Below are positions 12,786 to 24,250 of a stretch of DNA of 64,000 nt, one piece after another (position 1 is the first letter of the stretch; every line of letters starts with the position of its first letter). Position numbers and translations under genes: made by a program. The stretch comes from Octopus vulgaris (Eukaryota), in assembly GCA_951406725.2 (NCBI GenBank), contig OX597815.1, positions 180,172,001 through 180,236,000 of the forward strand. The letters are read 5' to 3'. The notes beneath the pieces were generated by a model. The model was not told where the DNA came from, did not search any database, and saw only the letters and a program-made list of their open reading frames with translations.

Positions 12786-13498
12786 AGGTGCAGCAATGTC
12801 ATAGGAAGGCTAACTAGGAAGATGGTTTTTGTATGTGGCAGATGCTCGGGAGCATTAACCTCTGAAACTCTGCAGAAAACAACTTCCGTCACTTTCCAGG
12901 GGGAAAACTAGAAGTAGTTGATAGCTTCCGTTATCTTGGTGACCAAGTCAGTAGTGGGGGTGGGTGTGCTGAAAGTGTAACGGCTAGAGTAAGAATAGCC
13001 TGGGCAAAGTTTAGGGAGCTCTTACCTCTGTTGGTGACTAAAGGCCTCTCGCTCAGAGTAAAAGGCAGACTGTATGATGCATGTGTACGAACAGCCATGC
13101 TATATGGCAGTGAAACATGGGCTGTGACTGCTGAGGACATGCGTAAGCTCGCGAGAAATGAAGCTAGTATGCTCCGTTGGATGTGTAATGTCAGTGTTCA
13201 TAGTCGACAGAGTGTAAGTACCTTGAGAGAAAAGTTGGACCTAAGAGGAATCAGATGTTGTGTGCAAGAGAGACGATTGCGCTGGTATGGTCATATGGCG
13301 AGAATGGATAAAGATAAGTGTGTGAAAAAGTGCCACACCCTGGCAGTTGAGGGGACCTGTGGAAGAGGTAGACCCAGGAAAACCTGGGTCGAGGTGGTGA
13401 AGCACGACCTTCGAACTCTAGGTCTCACCAAGGAAATGACCAGAGACCGAGACCTATGGAAGTATGCTGTGCATGAGAAGACCCGGCAAGACCAGTGA
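12785..13498 (+). pseudogene. 5'-truncated RTE-clade LINE, reverse-transcriptase C-terminal part
   Basis: EVVDSFRYLGDQ..ARVRIAWAKFREL..KGRLYDACVRTAMLYGSETW..RLRWYGHMARM..GRGRPRKTW; begins directly after (TA)n. Confidence 0.92.
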
Positions 13499-13544
13499 GA
13501 ACAATCAAAATCAAATCATATATCAGAAAGCAGGGGTTAAGTGA

Positions 13545-14382
13545 CCCATCCGTTCGTGTCCGCTGTCAGCCTCGTCTGGCACCCGTGCCGGTGATATGTA
13601 AAAGGACCATTCACTCGTGGCCGTTTGCCAGATCTGCCTGGCCCCGTGTTGGTGGCACGTAAAAGCACCATCCGTTCGTGTTCGTTGCCAGCCTCGCCTG
13701 GCCCCGTGCCGGTGACACGTAAAAGCACCATCCGTTCGTGGCCGTTTGCCAGCTCTGTCTGGCCCCATGTCGGTGGCACGTAAAAGCACCATCCGTTCGT
13801 GGCCGTTTGCCAGCTCTGTCTGGCTCCGTGTCGGTGGCACGTAAAAGCACCATCCGTTTGTGTCCGTTGCCAGCCTCGGCTGGCCCCCGTGCCAGTGACA
13901 CCACCGTCCGCTCGTGGCCGTTTGCCAGCTCTGTCTGGCAACCGTGTCGGTGGCACGTAAAAGCACCATCCGTTCGCGTCCGTTGCCAGCCTCGGCTGGC
14001 CCCCGTGCCGGTGACACGTAAAAGCACCGTCCGTTCGTGGCCGGTTGCCAGCTCTGTCTGGCCCCGTGTCGGTGGCACGTAAAAGCACCATCCGTTCGTG
14101 TCCGTTGCCAGCATCGCCTGGCCCCGTGCCGGTGACACGTAAAAGCACCATCCGTTCGTGGCCGTTCGCCAGCTCTGTCTGGCACCTGTGCAGGTGGCAC
14201 GTAAAAAACACCCACTACACTCGCGGAGTGGTTGGCGTTAGGAAGGGCATCCAGCCGTAGAAACACTGCCAGATCTGACTGGGCCTGACGAAGCCTTCCA
14301 GCTTCACAGACCCCAGTTGACCCGTCCAACCCATGCTAGCATGGAAAGCGGATGCTAAACGATGATGATGATGATGATGATG

Positions 14383-14383
<1 letters not shown>
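13545..14383 (+). repeat. RTE 3'UTR with ~11 tandem ~60-bp units, then common tail and (GAT)n
   Basis: Unit CCATCCGTTCGTG..GCCAGC..GTG(C/T)CGGTG(G/A)CACGTAAAAGCA; tail CCAACCCATGCTAGCATGGAAAGCGG..AAAC(GAT)n. Confidence 0.85.
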
Positions 14384-14418
<35 letters not shown>

Positions 14419-14804
14419 GTGTGTATATATACATAAATATATATATGTGTATGTGCATGTACATATATATATGTGTGTGTGTGTGTTATGAGAGGTAATG
14501 GTGTTAAGAAGACCCAAAGGTGTCAGGTAATCTAATCACTTTAGAACTATGTGGTTTCGGGTTCAATCCATGTATGAAGTACCTTGGGCAAATATCTTTT
14601 ATGATAACGCTAATCTGGTCAATGCTTTACTAATGAATTTTGTTGAATGGATCTGTATTACAAAAACCCATCATATGCACATACACACATATGTATCACC
14701 ATCATCATCATCATCATCATGGACAGACTATAGTTAAGTTCCAGGTTTGGTGATTATGCAAATGAGGAATCCAACGTAGGTCATATACCAGCATGCATAT
14801 ATAT

Positions 14805-15307
14805 ATAAGAAATTAACATAATGAGATAAAAATCCAAGGCTGTGAAAGATTTTAGAACATTTATAAAGAGGTTACAGCTGTTTCCAGAATATTTTATATA
14901 TCCCTTCATTGAAGACAGTGTGAGAAGATGGTTAAGCAATAGTTATTCTAGAGAAAATATGAAATAGAGAGTGAAGTGGAGGAATGAAAACAGATGTGAG
15001 ATATGCAGGGATATTGTATGTACAGTTCCATTATTTAAGCAGAATGGTATACATATAAGTTTCCTGTACCTTGTGTATAAGTTCCAATAGTATTTAAAAT
15101 TGGTCATTCCAAGCATAGAGTTTATAAATGGTTTACCTCACTCTCTATTTCATACCTTCTCTAGAATAGCTATTGCTTAACCATTTTCTCGCACCATTTC
15201 TGATGAAGGGATATATAAAATATCCTGGAAACAGCGGTAAGACCTTCTCTGTATAAATGTTCTGAAATCTTTCACAGCCTTGGATTTTTATCTCATTCTG
15301 TTAATTT

Positions 15308-15311
<4 letters not shown>
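14805..15311. mobile_element. Penelope-like terminal-repeat fragment in inverted (fold-back) arrangement, HHR family B
   Basis: Arms ~14805-14976 and ~15135-15311 are reverse complements; (TA)n flanks; third copy at ~15415-15790 (minus). Confidence 0.75.
15196..15243 (+). ncRNA. Minimal type-I hammerhead ribozyme motif (family B)
   Basis: ttt-CTGATGA-A-GGGATAT(ataaa)ATATCCT-g-GAAA-CAGCGG-TA-agac; sister copies have the palindromic stem III CAGCTG. Confidence 0.7.
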
Positions 15312-15348
<37 letters not shown>

Positions 15349-15469
15349 GGAATCTGAAAGAAGCTTGTCATATATATATGTATGTATATATATAAAATCC
15401 TTTTTTTTTTTTCCATAATGAGATAACAAACCAAAGGTGTGTAGATTTTAGAACATTTATAAATAGAAG

Positions 15470-15517
15470 GTCTTACAGCTGTTTCTAGGATATTTATTAT
15501 ATCCCTTCATCGGAGAC
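15470..15517 (-). ncRNA. Minimal hammerhead ribozyme motif (family B, CCGAUGA variant)
   Basis: Minus strand: GTCT-CCGATGA-A-GGGATAT..ATATCCT-a-GAAA-CAGCTG-TA-AGAC; stem I GTCT/AGAC. Confidence 0.65.
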
Positions 15518-16107
15518 GGTATGAGAAGATGGCTAAGCAATAGTTAATTTAGATATGATACGAAATAGAGAGTGAGGTGGAGGAATGAAAATAAATGTGA
15601 GATATACAGGGATATTGTCTTTGTTGATCCATTATTTAGGCAGAATGGTATGCATATAAGATTCCAGTACCTTATGAGTAAAATCCAATAGTATCTAAAA
15701 TTGGTTATTCCAAGTATAGAGTTTATACAAAGTGTTATTGAATCAAGGGTTTTATTTAAAGTGACCTAAAAGTAGGGAATGTATTAGTAAGGTCAAATCG
15801 AAAAGAGGAACAGAAGAATAAAGAAAGAGAAGAGAGAGAAAAGAGAAGAGAATAAGAAGAAAAAATAATATAATATAAAAAAAGAAAGATAAAAAAAGAA
15901 GAAAAACAGGAAGATAGGAATAAAGAAAAGAAAGAAAAAAGAAAAAGGAAAAACGATGAAGAGATAGAAAGGGAAAGTGTACCAGTTAGTGGTACATTCT
16001 CCTTATGTCTATACATATGTATGTATGCATGTACATTTATATGCAAATATCATCGACATCATTTTACATTCACTTTCCATGCAATTACACACATAAATTT
16101 AATTGTG

Positions 16108-16170
<63 letters not shown>

Positions 16171-17399
16171 CGTGTGTATGTGTGCATGTGTGTGTGTATT
16201 TATATATAATGAAAACTTCTTATGATAGCATGAAATTGTAACATTATCACTAACTTGGTCATGATTAGCACAAGCGAAACTGGCCAGTTATGTAAATATT
16301 TCATTCCACATATATATATATACATATATATATATATATCTTTGCATTTATGTGTTTACTTTGGTATATGTGAGTGTGTGTGTGCATGCATGCTTGTGCA
16401 TGTGTATATGTGTAGGTATATACACATGCACACAGACATATGCACACCCATACTTGCACACGCTAGTGCTGTTATTACCATTGCAAAGAAGTTGATTTTT
16501 GAGACTGGGTCAATTTAATTGACACCTGAATTAATAACTATTTTCGCATTATTTTTGCTGGCTTCCCAGTCAACAGACATTGAGGTGCCTTATTATCCTG
16601 TTCATTAGACCATACTTTCTGTTCAAAAAAATGTTATTAATGGAGAGATCTGCAGAAAAATGTTATAATCAATATTGAAAATTTTCATAATTAAATTTTA
16701 CTTTATTAGAATTTGTTCACTTTCTTGTAATGTTATTATTATAATTTGTATTTAAATTTCAGATTATTTCAGATTTATTAAAATACAATGGCTATAATCA
16801 TATGTGCTCCAACCATGTCCATCCATCATTTTGTAGACCTAGCACTACACTGTTTAATGTCTTCTGTTTTTTTAGAACATGATGAATTTTAAAGAATCTG
16901 TTGGTACTGAAGCAGGTTAAGTGCCTATAGTGGCCTTCCTGTTGGCCTGTTGGTTATGGCATAAATGTGGTCGGCTATTGACCGCTTAATTATAAGCCCA
17001 AACTGTACTATTACAGCCACAACAATATATTCTCTTGGACAATACAGATGATAATACTTGACTCAACTTGACCAGCAGAAAGTAGATTCTATTCATATAT
17101 TTTGGTTCTGAAAGAAACAAGAGGAAGGACGTGCAGAGATAAAAACAATTGGTTCATCACTTGAAAGTACTTTGAATTTGAAAAACCCATCTCATTAATT
17201 TTAGCACCGAAATGCAAATGTAGACTGGTGTTCCATCGGTTTTGATGACAAGTGTCTCAGTTGATTTGACCAATAGAGAACAGCCTGCTCATGAAATTAG
17301 CATGCAAGTGGCTCAGCATGTACATTAAGGGTACATGTGTTACCCTTAATGTAGTTCCCAAGGAGAATCAGCATGACACAGAATCACTTGCATAGCTAG

Positions 17400-17745
17400 A
17401 GTGTGTGCTGCCCAGGGTGGCCCTTCCATTTGTCACCTCCAGGACCCCACAAAAAACACATATTACCTACAGCAATAGCCTACAACAGGATGAAAAGGGC
17501 CACCCCTTTAAAAGTGCTGTCCAGGCTGGACAGCCCCTACTGTTCCCCCAGATATGCTTGTGCAAAGAATGAGACAAGGTTTCTGCTTTCAAAACACAGA
17601 TGCAACTCGTGTTTGCCCGTTGAGTGAACTGGAGCAATGTGAAATAAAGTGTCTTGCTCAAGGACACGATGCGTCACTGGGAATTGAACTCACATCCTTA
17701 CAGTCATCAGCTGAATACCCAAACCACTAGGCCATGTGCTTTCAA
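17400..17745 (-). mobile_element. tRNA-derived SINE, family 3
   Basis: Minus strand TGGCCTAGTGG A-box, GAGTTCAATTCC B-box, GTGTCCTTGAGCAAGACACTT; related copy at 51647-51900 (+). Confidence 0.7.
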
Positions 17746-18799
17746 GTGCAAATGTAAAAGAGGGAAAACAATCTACAGTTCCAGCCGATTCTTCATTTAG
17801 ACATTTTAGAAGTAGAAAGTGTGTTAGCTGGTCAGAAATATAAAAATATTACATTCCAAGAATATGCCTTATAGTGAATGATTTTATAAAGAAATAATCG
17901 AAGATTTAGGGTAGTTGGTGAAATTCCATAAGAAAATAATTTGAGGCAACAATAACAATCTCAGTACATTCATGAAATCAGACAGATCAATTCTCATCAA
18001 TCACTTGAGTATTCATATTAAAATCATTCAAAATAGCCAATATTTTTTCCTTGGTGGCTGTTATTGTATTCAAGAACAAAAATCAGATAATCGTTATTTA
18101 GGTCATCTGATAAAAATACTATTTATAGTTGCACAATAAAGACTATTATAACAAGATTCTAATATTTGGGATAAATTTCACATATTTTAAACATACTTAG
18201 TTTTGCCGAATAAGCATTTTTAGTTCAAAGCCAAATTTAATGTGGAATATGTTTAAAGAATTATCACAACTTGGGACATTTTAGGTCCATTGAAATCCAA
18301 TGTAATCCAAGTAAATCATTTATATATAATTCCTGCACAGCACAATTGCATTTTTATGTAAAAAAATTCATAATAAATCACAGACATTGCCTCCATAATT
18401 ACCATTTTAAAAATTTCTTATCAAATCAACTCATACACCTCACTCTTCCATTTCCTTAGAGACATTCCATGATGTAGAAGACGTGTGGTTCCAGTTGGCT
18501 CTTACCATTTATCACTATAAATAATGACTCAAGCTTTCATAAATCTGATATTTGAATTGGTTCAATTATTATTATCTTGAGATTTTTGTGTTTTTTTTTT
18601 TACAAAGCTCTTCCATTGCAATACAACTCTCAAGTTTCATTTTTGTTATTCAAGATTCTGGATAGAATTTTACATAGTTTCCTTAAAGCATCTTTTACTT
18701 GTTTCAGTCATTAGACTGTGGCCATACTGGAGTACTGCCTTGAAGAATTTTAGTCAGACATAACAACCCCATGACTTATTCTTTGTAAGATTGGTACGG

Positions 18800-19695
18800 A
18801 GCTAATGCAGATTTTCACCCACCCCCCACTTCACTTGAAAAATGCATTTTGCTGGAAAGGTTTATTCGGATCCCTAGGTTTTACATGTTGGAGATTATGA
18901 AAATGCAAAAACAAATTTTCAAAATTTTACCCTCCCCCCTCAACCTACCACCCCCAATTTTAAATGTATTGTTGTATATCAAAGTGCGGAAATTGCATTA
19001 AAGCAGGTATGTATTGTGGAAAAATACGGAGATTTTAACAACAATATCAAAACAACGATTTCTACACATTATTTACATATGACGGATATTTGTCCTCATC
19101 TTGTTTTGTTGTTAGCACAACGTTTCGGCTGATATACCCTCCAGCCTTTATCAGGTGTCTTGGGCAAATTTCGAACCTGAGTTCTCATTCCTAAGGTAAT
19201 TTTTCGATGTTATTATTATCATTATTCAGGTCACTGCCTGGAATCAAACTCAGAATCTTCGGGTTAGTAGTCCATGCTCTTAACCACTATGCCATATGCC
19301 TGTGGGCATAATAATAGCATAAAAAAATACCTCAAGAAAGAGAACCCATGTTCAAAATTTCCCCAAGACACCTGATGAAGGCTGGAGGGTATATCAGCCA
19401 AAACGTTGTGTAAATAATGTACATAATTCCTCATCTCTTAAATATAGAACTGAACAATTTCTACAGTTTAGCCAAATGAACATAGAATGTGCACTTTACA
19501 TATCTGCTTTAATGAAATTTCCACACTATAATATACAACAATATATTTTAAATGAAGAGATGGTTGTGTGTGTGGGGGGGGGGGGGGGGGCGATTAATAT
19601 TTTGAAAATTGTTTTGCATATTTGTAATTTCCGACATTTAAAGTCTAGGAATCCAAAGAAATTTTTATTAAAAAAATACATTTTTGATGCATGAT
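18800..19695. mobile_element. Fold-back/MITE-like element interrupted by the tRNA-HHR cassette
   Basis: 18840-19015 is inverted relative to ~19495-19685; second copy at ~19880-20185. Confidence 0.55.
19067..19452. mobile_element. tRNA-head + hammerhead retroelement (family A), head-to-head inverted pair
   Basis: Minus copy 19067-19300 (tRNA head 19229-19300, HHR 19115-19158 with CTGATAA); plus partial copy with HHR 19368-19411 (GAAA>AAAA); pivot TATGCCTGTGGGCATA. Confidence 0.8.
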
Positions 19696-20555
19696 TCATT
19701 TAAAAGAATATGATTGTATTTGACTGGATAATCTGATTCCTAAAGGGTTAAATCTCTTTAAAACTGGAATTGTATTTTACAGAACCAATGGAGTTTCTGA
19801 GGCAGTTTAGAATCAAAAGTGTTATAAGTGGGAAATTTAGTATCAAGGTTTTTAATGCCATTGCAAGCAAACAAATTAGAGGCTAATGCAAGTTTCGCAA
19901 CTCACCTTCGAAAATGCACTGTTTTGAAAAAAATTTCTTTGGATTCTTAGGTTTTACATGTCAGAGATTATGAATATGCAAAACAAAAATCTACAAAATT
20001 TTAAAATTTCCCCCTCAACCTACCCCCCTCCGCACCCCCAATTTTAAATGTATTGTTGTAGCCAAATGAACATAGAAAGTGCACTTTACATACCTGCTTT
20101 AATGAAATTTCCACACCTCAGTATACAACAATATATTTAAAATGGGAAGATGGTTGAGGAGGGTGGGGTAAAATTTTGAAAATGTTTTCTTCCCTTGGTG
20201 CTTATTCTATTGGTCTGTTTTTGCCAAACTACTCAGTTATGGGGACATAAACATACCAACACTGGATGTCAAGGGTGATAGGGTACAAACACAGACACAA
20301 ACACACCCACACACACGCACACATGCGCACACATGCATATAAATATACGATGAGCTTCTTTCAGTTTCCATCTACTCACAATATGTGAGTTGTATATTAA
20401 AGTGTGGAAATTTCATTAAAGCAGGTATGTAAAGTGTGCATTCTATGTTCATTTGGCTAAACTGTAGAAATTGTTCAGTTCTATATTTAAGAGATGAGGA
20501 ATTATGTACATTATTTACATTTGACAGATATTTGTCCTCATCTTGTTTGTTGTTA

Positions 20556-20599
20556 ACACAATGTTTCAGCTGATATACCCTCCAGCCTTCATCAGGTGT
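20556..20599 (-). ncRNA. Minimal type-I hammerhead ribozyme (family A)
   Basis: Minus strand: ACAC-CTGATGA-A-GGCTG(gagggtatat)CAGCT-GAAA-CA-TT-GTGT; core intact, stem I ACAC/GTGT. Confidence 0.75.
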
Positions 20600-20665
20600 C
20601 TTGGGCAAATTTCGAACCTGGGTTCTCTTTCCTGAGGTATTTTTTGATGTTATTATTATGCCCAT

Positions 20666-20740
20666 GGGCATATGACATAGTAGTTAAGAGCACAGGCTAC
20701 TAACCCCAAGATTCATAGTTTGATTCCAGGCAGTGACCTG
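20666..20740 (+). other. tRNA-derived Pol III head of family A (not a functional tRNA)
   Basis: GGGCATATGACATAGTAGTTAAGAGC..AGTTTGATTCCAGGC; other copies keep the A-box TGGCATAGTGG/TGGCGTAGTGG; no complete acceptor stem. Confidence 0.7.
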
Positions 20741-21697
20741 AATAATAATAATAATATCGAAAAAATTACCTTAGGAATGAGAACCAAGGTTCGAAATTTC
20801 AGCCTGCAGCTATAGTAGAAGGCACTTGCTGAAGGGGTCACACAATAAGGGACAAAACCTGGAACCATTTGGTTGGGAAGCAAGCTGCTTACCACACAAT
20901 CTTTGGCCCCTAAAATTAAATCAACTGACAAATTCTGCACACTTGCAATTAGCCATTTATTTATTATTTTTTTCTGAACAAGGAAAGAAAAACTAAACTC
21001 CAAGTATAAATTGTTAAAGAGCGAGATGTTTAGTAATAAAGTGACATAAAGAGTATATTTGTGAATTAATTACTACATAGTCACATTATTAGATCTGATT
21101 ACTGTCATTTCTCGTGCTTCTGAGCCAGAAACATTACCATCCGTGTCTGCCAGATAACAAGTTTCATTTCTCTTATGCTGTTGACTGGTTATTATTCGAA
21201 AGGTCATTCATTTGCAAAATTAATTACTCCAATAATATGCAGACATTCAAATTTTGCAAAAACATCCAGCATGACAGAAACATGAAAACATGGATGCAAA
21301 ACAGAGCAAAGAAACATAATAATTAAAATTTGTGTGACGTTTCTCAGCAACATGGTTCTAGGTTCAGTCCCACTGCATGGCACTTTGGGGCAAGTGTCTT
21401 TTTACTATAGCCTTGGGCTAACCAAAGCCCTGTGTGTGGATTTGTTATGGTGTGTTTATGTCATCGTAACTTAGAGGTTTGACAAAAGAGATTGATAGAA
21501 TAAGCAATAGGCTTTACAAAAAAAAAAGTACTGGGGTTGATTCATTTGACTAAAAAGTCTTCAAGGTGGTGCCCCAGCATGGGCGCAGTCTAATGACTGA
21601 AACAAGTAAAGCATAACTGATAGTTCTGGTCAAGGCTCACATATGATACATGAAATTTACCTTCTTTATTTGTCCAATCATTGAAACAAGTAAAAGA

Positions 21698-21738
<41 letters not shown>

Positions 21739-21740
<2 letters not shown>

Positions 21741-23425
21741 TTCAGCAAAATTTAGATTCAGATGAATATGGTACTTAAGTTAAAGGCACCAGAATTTGGT
21801 ATGGTATTATCCATATAAATCAAACAGGGTGATTATAATCAAAATAAGCAACAAGGATATCCAAGGTAGTGTAGTACAATCGTTTCATGCTACTTCATTT
21901 TATTAAACACTGTAAGTATTACATCAGTTTTAAAATATCAAGCAATCTTCAGTCACATATAGAATTTTTTAATCAAATGGGCAATGTTCACTTTTATACT
22001 TGTTTCATTTGCCAACATTACAAAGAGGGTAGATATATAGACAGAGAGGCTAATTTCATCATTAGGAACATGGTATTAGAATGTCCTTCTCCATCTGTAG
22101 ATTTTTTATCACTGAGTTCACTTTGTTATTTAGATCTATGAATGGGGAGGGGGTTTCTTCATATGGTTCAATGGAGACAAACAAGAAATTTTTCTATTTA
22201 TAGAAAGAAGAAGGGGTAGTACAAATGTCAAAGCCATAAATCCATCCTCATTTTGAGGAATTTAACTTAGGCATATTTCAATGTATTATAGCAAAAGTTA
22301 GTGGGGTAGGGAGAATAGAGACTACTAATGCTCTAGAGATTTCTAATGTCCCTTACCATTTAACAGCCATAATTCTGCTTGTAAATTTTAAATAAATATC
22401 CTTTAGATAATGTGAGGTATACTTGCCATCTCAATATGGCTAACCACTAAGGGTGGGTGTTACTGCAGCTTGTAGCCCCAGGAGAACATCGTCTCCAGCT
22501 GGCTTTAGGCACATTTTCTGTGCCTTTATGGTATTTGCAAAGGGAGGTCATCCTTCCCTCGTCAACCTAAGTGATACGCACGAACTGCAGTTTCTAGGTA
22601 TTGACCTGTCGTCGGCGTACAACAATCACCGGTTTTCGATAAAGGGATGTCCCAATGCAAATACTTTTATCATTTTTCCACATCCTTTAGATAGTTTTTT
22701 CCAAAGGATTCTAATAAATTTTAGTATCTTATATAGAGATAGAAAATATAGAAATCATTTTATATTTAAATAAATATAAATATATCAATTTCTATTAATA
22801 TAGATTATAGTTAGTTAGTAAATAATGATTTATTTTATTAATGAGTTAAATTAAAAGAATATGCTAGACATAATATTTACTAACTGTAAAAAAAACAAAA
22901 CCTTATCAATTAGCACATATATCAAAAGTCTATAAGATATATTAAAAAGTAATGGAAGGGAGGTAATCAAGATGGACTAAATAATCTCACTAGATATAGA
23001 AGTTTTGCAATCTCATATAGGAGAGTATCAAAAAGTTCTAATTTCACTTTATTCAAATTTATTTATATTATAAAATTTTTAATAATTTATGCAGGTTAAA
23101 TAAAAGCTAGTATGGTATATTAATTCCTTATTTGGTTACAAAATATTAAGATTTGAAAATTTAGGAATGGTCAGAATGTTATTATTTAAAATACTTAAAA
23201 GTATGGGTGGCACAATGTATGCAGGATACCCCTAGATCAAAACAGTTATTCAATAAGTTTATAATATTCCTATGTTTCAAAATTTCATATGTCTCCATAG
23301 AACAAAATTCACATCCATCCCTACTATTTTTATAAGGCTGTGCCTTTCTTATTATATGCCATTTTAGGTTAAATTCGATATTTTATTCTTTCAATTACCA
23401 AATTTTACTTGCTTGAGGGCCCCAT
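21739..23425 (-). mobile_element. Penelope-like retroelement relic: GIY-YIG C-terminus plus long 3' terminal repeat
   Basis: Minus translation ~23415-23195: SKIW*LKE*NIEFNLKWHIIRKAQPYKNSRDGCEFCSMETYEILK..NLLNN..SCIH, like the PLE motif 'IW.LK....W.I...A..Y....C.LC..EK..I...LLN.R.E...CRH'; degenerate HHR at 21869-21957; ends at (TA)n. Confidence 0.75.
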
Positions 23426-23739
23426 ACTGTCCTGTGAGTCACACTTGAGAATCACCAATGTAGAGGCTTCTGTATTACCTTGATTTATACCTGCTATCAC
23501 ATTGAGGGATATTCAGAGAACTTCTGCCTGTATGGATGTCTGCATGAGTGTGCGTATGCATATAAGATTATGCATGTGTGAACGTGTGTTTGAAATCACA
23601 TAATTGTTCTTTGTATTAGTAATTTGTTAATGTTTGTTTTAGAAAATATTGTTCCTCTTTACATAAACAATTTCAATATACACTGCTGGAGCTGAAATTA
23701 TTGCACTTACTGGCATGCAGTGGTACTCAACAATTTTTT

Positions 23740-24250
23740 GCCTATGGAGTTCTTTTCGAGCATTGGACCGCAGGGAGGTAAAGTGGCTGAGTTCCTTTTG
23801 TGTGTTGGGCCTCAAGGAGGCAAAGTGGCTGAGTTTCTTTTGAGTGTTGGGCCTTGGTGAGGCAAAGTGGCCGACTTCCTTTTGAGTGTTGGGCGTCAGG
23901 GAGGCAAAGTGGCTGAGTTCCTTTTGTGTGGTGGACCTCATGGAAGCAATGACTGAGACTGTTGGCATTATGTCATGCTTAGGAAAAATATCCTTCAAGC
24001 CGAGCAAAATGACAGTTGTGGCAGATACCAGTGTCACACAAATGGCACCTGTGCCAGTGACATGTAAAAGCCCCCATTACACTCTCAGAGTGGTTGATGT
24101 TAGGAAGAGCATCCAGCCATAGAAAACCATGCCAAGTCCGACTGGAGTTTGGTGCAGCCTTCTATCTTACCAGCCCCGACCAAACCATCCAATCCATGAC
24201 AGCATGGACAATGGACGTTAAATGATGATGATGATGATGATGATGACGAT
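23740..24250 (+). mobile_element. RTE 3'UTR-derived repeat with 4 x ~43-bp tandem unit and (GAT)n tail
   Basis: GAGGCAAAGTGGCTGAGTT..TTTTG(T/A)GTGTTGGGC repeats; shared tail motif. Confidence 0.75.

Noticed and set aside
13523-14329. Long ORFs (268, 224 and 175 aa) and a CRISPR-like repeat pattern
   Set aside because: Whole ~60-bp units are repeated with no unique spacers; it is a LINE 3'UTR minisatellite that happens to lack stops; no cas genes; eukaryotic context.
18420-18640. Possible Merlin transposase relic on the minus strand (VIIYSDKW)
   Set aside because: Only one short motif is convincing; not enough support without a profile search.
19229-19300. Functional tRNA gene
   Set aside because: No complete acceptor stem, variant B-box, and embedded in a repeated element; the same applies to the SINE heads.
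22465-22500. Twister or HDV-like ribozyme assignment for the conserved motif
   Set aside because: The GGCUACAAGC resemblance is absent from the 6.9-kb copy and the required pseudoknot pairings could not be built.
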